Below, in pieces: positions 58,635 through 64,000 of a stretch of DNA of 64,000 nucleotides (positions within the stretch are counted from its first letter, which is position 1; every line of letters starts with the position of its first letter). Source of the DNA: an uncultured Patescibacteria group bacterium (GTDB lineage: Bacteria > Patescibacteriota > Microgenomatia > UBA1400 > PJMF01); contig CAJQIG010000001.1 in assembly GCA_905478415.1 (NCBI GenBank), positions 150,098-214,097 of the forward strand, given 5' to 3'. The notes under the pieces are model-generated. The model saw only the letters and a list, made by a program, of their open reading frames with translations, was not told where the DNA came from and searched no databases. Position numbers and translations under genes: made by a program.

Positions 58635-59684
58635 ATGCCAGAGCATCAACGTCCATTCATAGATACTATTGTGAACAAGATACATTCAGCTCCTGATACT
58701 GCAGAAAATAACATCCAATTTTTGCTAAGAGTCGAAGCGTATGAGTATGGATCTACGTTACAAACAAAGCATCAAATAGCTGAAGCACTTCAATCAATTG
58801 CAATCCCAGAGAGCATGCGCGAAGAAGTGGAATTATATCTTCTCTATTTGAAAAGATACGAGCGCACCACACCAGTCTTCGATGAAACATGTATTACCTA
58901 TGACAACGGATACTTCATTGGGGGCTTCCCACTTTTTGATGCAACCAAAAACTACATTTTTCAGCCAAACTATACAGGTGTGGTCATTGCTCAATCGGGG
59001 GAACAATACCAAGTCACCTGTTATCCAAACTCTGTAGAAATTAAAAACTATGGCAGAGTGGAACAAATGTCAGGAGAACCCGGCTATTTCAAGTTAAAAA
59101 AAGAAGAACAATATGCACAAGCTTTTGTTGAAAAGGAGTCTCCAGACAAATCAGAGAGAGATCCCAACATATACTTTGGTCGTTTACTTCAATATTTAAC
59201 TGATACCTATCCATTTGCAATGGGACCTATTACTCACTTTAGAGCGGATTGGAGAAAAGGAACAAACTATGATGTATATCAGGAATATACTGCACTGTTG
59301 CAAAAACAAATAAAACCTTTTGTCAACTCACCTGTGGCAGCACAGCCATTGTATGAGCAATTGGCACCATATATTGTAGACACACCACTTAACGGGGTAG
59401 ATCTAGCAACCTATCTAGAAAAACTAAAAAAAATAGAGTTAGAAAGACGACAACAAAAAATAGCAATAGGATGGGACTATGCTCTTGATCAACAAGCAAT
59501 TAATCAAGAAGCTATTTTAGAATTATGTGCTCAAATTGCTGCATGGAAAACAGCCACCGGAACGGCGTTGCACACGAAATTAGGTTTTTCCAGCGTACAT
59601 ACGTTTCCTTTATTGTTATTTTCTAGAGAGATAAAAACTGTTCTAGAGAGAGAAAAAAGAATACAGAGTTTACCGGTTATTTAA
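58635..59684 (+). CDS. Hypothetical protein (orphan)
   Basis: 349-aa ORF; ATG 8 nt after TATACT. Confidence 0.7.
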   Translation: MPEHQRPFIDTIVNKIHSAPDTAENNIQFLLRVEAYEYGSTLQTKHQIAEALQSIAIPESMREEVELYLLYLKRYERTTPVFDETCITYDNGYFIGGFPLFDATKNYIFQPNYTGVVIAQSGEQYQVTCYPNSVEIKNYGRVEQMSGEPGYFKLKKEEQYAQAFVEKESPDKSERDPNIYFGRLLQYLTDTYPFAMGPITHFRADWRKGTNYDVYQEYTALLQKQIKPFVNSPVAAQPLYEQLAPYIVDTPLNGVDLATYLEKLKKIELERRQQKIAIGWDYALDQQAINQEAILELCAQIAAWKTATGTALHTKLGFSSVHTFPLLLFSREIKTVLEREKRIQSLPVI

Positions 59685-59791
59685 CAGTTAAAATAACTAT
59701 GATTATTCAAAATGAAGATATTTGAAGTTCCAACATAATACAACAGTACCCTACTACAATAACTAGCTACCATGTAAAGCATCCCATAGTA

Positions 59792-59887
59792 TTGAGATTA
59801 TTTAATCTTTATGTTAAAATAGCAGACATATTTTATCAACACATCAGCAATCAACCGGTTGCTTGAACATTAATAATAACAAGGAGG
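59792..59887 (+). promoter_or_regulatory. Unit 6 promoter and leader: TTGAGA-17-(TGn)TAAAAT, small hairpin, degenerate boxA TGAACATTAATA, SD
   Basis: -35 59792-59797, -10 59815-59820, hairpin 59846-59863, boxA-like 59864-59875, AAGGAGG 59881-59887. Confidence 0.6.
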
Positions 59888-59895
59888 ATGAAACT

Positions 59896-60180
59896 TTGAA
59901 AACAGTGACTAGTACTGTTGTTTCAAAATCAAAGTATAAGGGAATGCAACCGATGAATGGAAAAATGATGATGTTTGATTTTCCATTCAAGCGGCCAATC
60001 TGCTATCAGCTACATTTAGCAGAGGGATGCACTATTGATGTGAGTAAAACTAAATACTACTCCACAGCAATAGGTGACACCATTACTGCTGAATGTATGG
60101 AGTTATCAGATGTCCTGATTATTCTAAGTATTATTGTTGTTCTTATTTGCCTCTTTTTTGCATTATTTGTTCTTATTTAA
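59896..60180 (+). CDS. Small orphan protein with C-terminal TM helix (unit 6 cargo)
   Basis: TTG start 8 nt after AAGGAGG; C-terminal hydrophobic tail. Confidence 0.65.
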   Translation: MKTVTSTVVSKSKYKGMQPMNGKMMMFDFPFKRPICYQLHLAEGCTIDVSKTKYYSTAIGDTITAECMELSDVLIILSIIVVLICLFFALFVLI

Positions 60181-60196
60181 AAGGTTGATAATTATT

Positions 60197-60232
60197 AATC
60201 CTCTTCGGCATTGCCTGAAGAGGATTTTTTTT
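60197..60232 (+). terminator. Intrinsic terminator of unit 6
   Basis: AATCCTCTTC...GAAGAGGATT followed by a T-run. Confidence 0.8.
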
Positions 60233-60278
60233 ATTATTTGATACTTTTTAAATAAATAGAACCTATATTTATTTTTTA

Positions 60279-60353
60279 TGATATAATTTAAAACGATTAC
60301 CATAGTAATCATCGCAATTTAAAATATCTTTGTTCAGCTTACGCCAAAGGAGG
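60279..60353 (+). promoter_or_regulatory. Unit 7 promoter and leader: TGaTATAAT, hairpin, degenerate boxA CGCAATTTAAAA, SD
   Basis: -10 60282-60287, hairpin 60295-60310, boxA-like 60313-60324, AAGGAGG 60347-60353. Confidence 0.55.
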
Positions 60354-60361
60354 CATTCTAC

Positions 60362-60769
60362 ATGGTTTCACTCAATACTTTACAATCTGAACCCTATAAA
60401 GGGTATGTGAAAAAACTCTCTATTGAAGCAGGTTGGTCAGTAGAGGTCTATGATGTGCAAGCAGAACAGATTTGCTTGTTAGAAGAGTATGATGGAAAAT
60501 ACTTAGTCAGCGGAAGCAGTTTTCTAATTGCTCTCAACTATTACGGTTGTACACAATTAGAGTGGGAAGCAAAAAATGCACAGGGTGCTTCATGGTATGA
60601 TGCAAAGCCAATTTCTGGTACTGAATTAACAATCGGATTCTCAAAAATCTGGTTATTTTTTCAAGAGGACGAAGCAGAAGTAACCTTAAAAGTCCGGTTA
60701 CATGATGCAAGTAGCGAAGATAGTTTAGGAGAAGAACATGTTATTCACTTACAGCTAGTGAAAATATAA
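60362..60769 (+). CDS. Orphan acidic protein (unit 7 cargo)
   Basis: 135-aa ORF with SD and terminator. Confidence 0.7.
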   Translation: MVSLNTLQSEPYKGYVKKLSIEAGWSVEVYDVQAEQICLLEEYDGKYLVSGSSFLIALNYYGCTQLEWEAKNAQGASWYDAKPISGTELTIGFSKIWLFFQEDEAEVTLKVRLHDASSEDSLGEEHVIHLQLVKI

Positions 60770-60791
60770 TATGTATCTTTTCATATGCAAT

Positions 60792-60819
60792 AAAAAGCTG
60801 TCATTTTGGCAGCTTTTTT
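60792..60819 (+). terminator. Intrinsic terminator of unit 7 (possibly bidirectional)
   Basis: AAAAAGCTGTC-atttt-GGCAGCTTTTTT. Confidence 0.78.
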
Positions 60820-60879
60820 GTTATATAACAAAACGCCTCATTATTGAAAAAAATTATACATCTGAATCTTTTTACCACC

Positions 60880-61317
60880 TTAACTCAACTGATCCCTTAC
60901 TCTATTTGCATTGCTTGCTAATCCATCTCTAAACTGAGTAGCAACTTCTTGACCCAAATCCTTGTGCATTAATACAATGGTTGCCACATTTTTATTTGCA
61001 TCATCTTGTTTTGGTAACGACCTCAGCTGCATGCCCATTATTTCTGCCTCTACTTTGTCATTAAGCTGTATCTTCACTTTAGGCAATCTATCACTTTCTT
61101 TCAGTCGATGCATTGCCAATTCTAGTGCCACATGATCTATCTGTTGATGGGAAAAGGAAACAAATAGAGGAAGATAATCTGCGTTTTCTTTAGGAAAGAT
61201 TCTATCAAGTTGAACCTTTGTTTCTGCTCCAACTTGGTCAATTGTGATAAGGCCACAATCCTTTGATCTCTTTACCACCTGTGTTTCATTGTCATTTTTA
61301 GCTTCACTGCCATTCAT
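60880..61317 (-). CDS. Hypothetical protein
   Basis: 145-aa ORF; no family recognised. Confidence 0.6.
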   Translation of the reverse strand: MNGSEAKNDNETQVVKRSKDCGLITIDQVGAETKVQLDRIFPKENADYLPLFVSFSHQQIDHVALELAMHRLKESDRLPKVKIQLNDKVEAEIMGMQLRSLPKQDDANKNVATIVLMHKDLGQEVATQFRDGLASNANRVRDQLS

Positions 61318-61377
61318 ATTTTTCTTTCATTCTAATGTTAGTGATACTTTTAAGTATACTACAAACATACCATTATA

Positions 61378-61443
61378 TTTACTTTATCCTATAAGTTTGC
61401 TATAATGCCGAATCTTTAACATCAGTCACCTTTTCAATGGAGG
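61378..61443 (+). promoter_or_regulatory. Unit 8 promoter and leader: TTTACT-17-(TGn)TATAAT, boxA-like GAATCTTTAACA, SD
   Basis: -35 61378-61383, -10 61401-61406, boxA-like 61410-61421, TGGAGG 61438-61443. Confidence 0.72.
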
Positions 61444-61448
61444 AAACA

Positions 61449-61847
61449 ATGAGTAAGGTACGTTTGTCTTTAGGACCAAAACTTGAATATCCAAGTGTCC
61501 CAGCAGTTTTTATAGAACAAAAAGGAAAGCTTTGGCCACCCTTTTCATATAAGAAAGTTGAGCACGCTACAAAATGTAGTGCAAGTATGCAACCAGTTTT
61601 CCTAGTTGAATCAGATTTTGCTCGTCAGTTTGTTGGGTTTATGGAACCTCTTCAAAAACCCAGAAGTTTGTTACTACTCCCCTGTGATCCGAATGAGGAA
61701 ATAACGCTCAGTGGCCTACACAAAGGCCATATGATCTATGACGTGAAAATCAGGTTTGTCTCATTTTCTACAGTCAAATTAACGAGCTTTTTCCCGTTTC
61801 CAGATTCGGGAATTGCTACGTATTCTGTTGATTTTGAAGCACAGTAA
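61449..61847 (+). CDS. Orphan protein (unit 8 cargo)
   Basis: ATG at 61449 after TGGAGG. Confidence 0.7.
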   Translation: MSKVRLSLGPKLEYPSVPAVFIEQKGKLWPPFSYKKVEHATKCSASMQPVFLVESDFARQFVGFMEPLQKPRSLLLLPCDPNEEITLSGLHKGHMIYDVKIRFVSFSTVKLTSFFPFPDSGIATYSVDFEAQ

Positions 61848-61865
61848 TAGTGACTTGTTAAATTT

Positions 61866-61896
61866 TAACCCGGGCAAACACCCGGGTTATTTTTTT
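61866..61896 (+). terminator. Intrinsic terminator of unit 8
   Basis: TAACCCGGG-caaaca-CCCGGGTTA followed by a T-run. Confidence 0.82.
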
Positions 61897-61934
61897 ATCG
61901 ATCACAACTCACATTCATTTGCTATACTTCTTTT

Positions 61935-62735
61935 ATGAAGATTCTTTCTTACAACATTATGAGTGGCGGTTTTAATGGCTACGACCATGAAACAAAGCAA
62001 CCGCAGCGACTAGAGCTGATCAAAAAGAGTGTTAAAGCTATCAATGCGGATGTAATCTCATTAGTTGACACCTTCAGGTGGGATCAATTATATACGAACA
62101 AACAACTCTGTGAGATGTTTAAGTATCGATATGCCCACTGCATAAACCTAGGCGACAGCAGACTTAAAAAACTTGGACATAACAATGGCATAACAGTGCT
62201 CTCCAATGTTGAAGGAACCACTTTTAAAACTCTGAATCTTGGAACTAGAAATGCCATCCAGACATCAATACCACAAGGTGGTGCCCCAATAGATCTATTT
62301 AGCATCTATCTAGATGACCTGAGTGAAGAAGTCCGATTGCAACAAATACATCACCTAGTAAAGAATCTAGAACCTCAAAAAGCATCAATTATTATGGGAG
62401 ATCTAAATACACTTAGCCCAAAAGACAGTGTCATTACAAAGAGTGTTGTAGATATTCTTTTACAGGAAAATCCAAAATACGAATTTATTAGAAATCAACT
62501 ATACGACATGATGGAAACCAAAGTTATACAGCAACTCTTTGACCTGGGTTTTAAGGATGCAGCAAACCCTCCAATCAACACAGCGCCCACAAAACTGACA
62601 CACATCTCAGATAAAGCTTTTTTACGACTGGATCATTGTCTCTATAAGAATGTACCTATTAAAACATTTCAAGTTCTGACTGATACTTTATATGACCAGG
62701 TATCTGATCACTACCCCATCGTAGTGGAGTTATAA
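61935..62735 (+). CDS. Endonuclease/exonuclease/phosphatase (EEP) family protein
   Basis: SYNI, ADVISL, IMGDLN, RLDH, SDHYP motifs. Confidence 0.88.
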   Translation: MKILSYNIMSGGFNGYDHETKQPQRLELIKKSVKAINADVISLVDTFRWDQLYTNKQLCEMFKYRYAHCINLGDSRLKKLGHNNGITVLSNVEGTTFKTLNLGTRNAIQTSIPQGGAPIDLFSIYLDDLSEEVRLQQIHHLVKNLEPQKASIIMGDLNTLSPKDSVITKSVVDILLQENPKYEFIRNQLYDMMETKVIQQLFDLGFKDAANPPINTAPTKLTHISDKAFLRLDHCLYKNVPIKTFQVLTDTLYDQVSDHYPIVVEL

Positions 62736-62798
62736 TCCTTTCTCATCCTAAAAAGAACAATCATTTAGTAAACAAGACTTTACTGCTATTATAAGAAA

Positions 62799-64000
62799 GT
62801 GAAAACAATCGCTCAGCTCAACAAACCTGTCATTCTTTTTTTTATTTTATACTTTCTTTTGGGAACACTTATTTTTAAAAATTATGGAATATCTTGGGAT
62901 GAACCCTATCAGCGACAAATCGGCTACGTCAGCTTAGAATATATTAGAGGAGACACATCTCTACTCAGCTTCACTGACCGCTACTACGGAGTTATCTTTG
63001 AACTTCCACTCGTCATAATAGAGAGAGTTGCAAATATTGAAGATACTCGAATAATCTATCTTTTTAGACACTACGCTACTTTTTTGCTTTTTTATGCAGG
63101 TGTTATTGTGTTTTACTTACTCAATACAAAGCTCTTTAAATCTTGGAAACTAGGTCTTGTTGCTTGCAGTTTTTTACTTCTCAACCCCCGAATATTTGCT
63201 GATAGTTTTTATAACTCAAAAGATATACCCCTTTTGGTTTTCTATATTTTTTCAACCTATACTACCTACCAATTTGTTACAGAAAAAAAGAAGACTAACT
63301 TTTTTTTACACAGCCTAGCCTCTGCCCTCGTCATAAATACTCGGGTTGTAGGATTAATTATTCCTGCCGTCACTACCCTATTTCTGCTAGTTTCTGAACC
63401 TAAAAAAAACATTAAAAAACTAGTTTACTATCTAACTACTACGTCAATTTTTACTTACCTCTTCTGGCCAGTACTCTGGACAAATCCACTCCGTATTTTC
63501 GAAGCCATCGCAACTATGGCTAATTTTTCATATCAAAAGAATCTACCAACTCTCTATCTTGGCGAGTTCGTCTCAACCTTTTCTTTGCCATGGCATTATT
63601 TACCCGTTTGGATAGGTAGCACTCTTCCCATCAGTTTTTCAATTCTTTTTCTTTTAGGACTTCTTAAAGCTTTTTTTGAATATAAGCAAGGAACATCAAA
63701 AAAGTTGCAAGAGAATTCTCTGCTGTTGGTGCTTATGTGCGTTCCAATTCTCAGTGCCATTTTCTTAGGATCTACTCTCTATGACGGCTGGAGACATTTC
63801 TACTTTATCTACCCATTAATGGTCGTTTTTATGATCAAAGGTGTACAGATCTTACCAAAAAAACTACTTTTAATTGTAGGAATTGAACTACTACTGACTA
63901 TCAGCTTCATGATCAAAAATCACCCTCACCAACAGGTCTACTTTACTAGCATCTTCAGAAATAATTTTGAAACTGCGAAACAACTCTTTGAGTTAGATTA
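62799..64000 (+). CDS. Partial GT-C-type membrane glycosyltransferase (runs off window end)
   Basis: Manual translation from GTG 62799: MKTIAQLNKPVILFFILYFLLGTLIFKNYGISWDEPYQR...; later PRIFADSFYNSKDIP, LPWHYLP and YDGWRH. Confidence 0.8.
   Translation, partial: MKTIAQLNKPVILFFILYFLLGTLIFKNYGISWDEPYQRQIGYVSLEYIRGDTSLLSFTDRYYGVIFELPLVIIERVANIEDTRIIYLFRHYATFLLFYAGVIVFYLLNTKLFKSWKLGLVACSFLLLNPRIFADSFYNSKDIPLLVFYIFSTYTTYQFVTEKKKTNFFLHSLASALVINTRVVGLIIPAVTTLFLLVSEPKKNIKKLVYYLTTTSIFTYLFWPVLWTNPLRIFEAIATMANFSYQKNLPTLYLGEFVSTFSLPWHYLPVWIGSTLPISFSILFLLGLLKAFFEYKQGTSKKLQENSLLLVLMCVPILSAIFLGSTLYDGWRHFYFIYPLMVVFMIKGVQILPKKLLLIVGIELLLTISFMIKNHPHQQVYFTSIFRNNFETAKQLFELD

Noticed and set aside
423..62305. 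Numerous short ORFs (60-157 aa) nested in or antisense to long genes in the ORF track
   Set aside because: They overlap well-supported genes and show no motifs or initiation signals; treated as shadow ORFs.
10021..62845. Homopolymer A/T runs in GT genes as phase-variation tracts
   Set aside because: Runs are short (about 8-9 nt), the frames appear intact, and such runs are expected in Lys/Phe-rich, AT-rich genes.
1..64000. CRISPR array, IS elements, prophage, rRNA
   Set aside because: No regularly spaced repeats, transposase, integrase, phage structural genes or rRNA-like sequence recognised.

Overview
Window from a streamlined bacterial genome. The gene content, tight gene overlaps and apparently leaderless genes suggest Patescibacteria/CPR, Microgenomates-like (inference). 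About 0.4-44.6 kb is a very large cell-surface glycosylation locus: GDP-fucose synthase, a GalE-like epimerase, rmlB/C/D, a Wzx flippase, an LCP ligase, about ten soluble GT2/GT4 enzymes and 13 polytopic GT-C-type membrane proteins, with a 14th at the right edge. About 44.6-58.5 kb is housekeeping: trmD, gltX, ybeY, dnaX, ybaB, rdgB, an M29 aminopeptidase, fbaB, glgP, a CPA2 antiporter and tRNA-Gln. The most striking unexplained structure is a set of eight single-gene units carrying orphan genes. Each has a sigma70-type promoter, a leader with an rrn boxA-like 12-mer (in six units just after a hairpin) and a strong Shine-Dalgarno. The seven complete units end in an intrinsic terminator. By contrast, many host genes appear leaderless. 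The cargo includes an unannotated 32-aa cationic amphipathic peptide and a lipoprotein ending in a CheY-like receiver domain. All family assignments are by eye from motifs; no searches were run.
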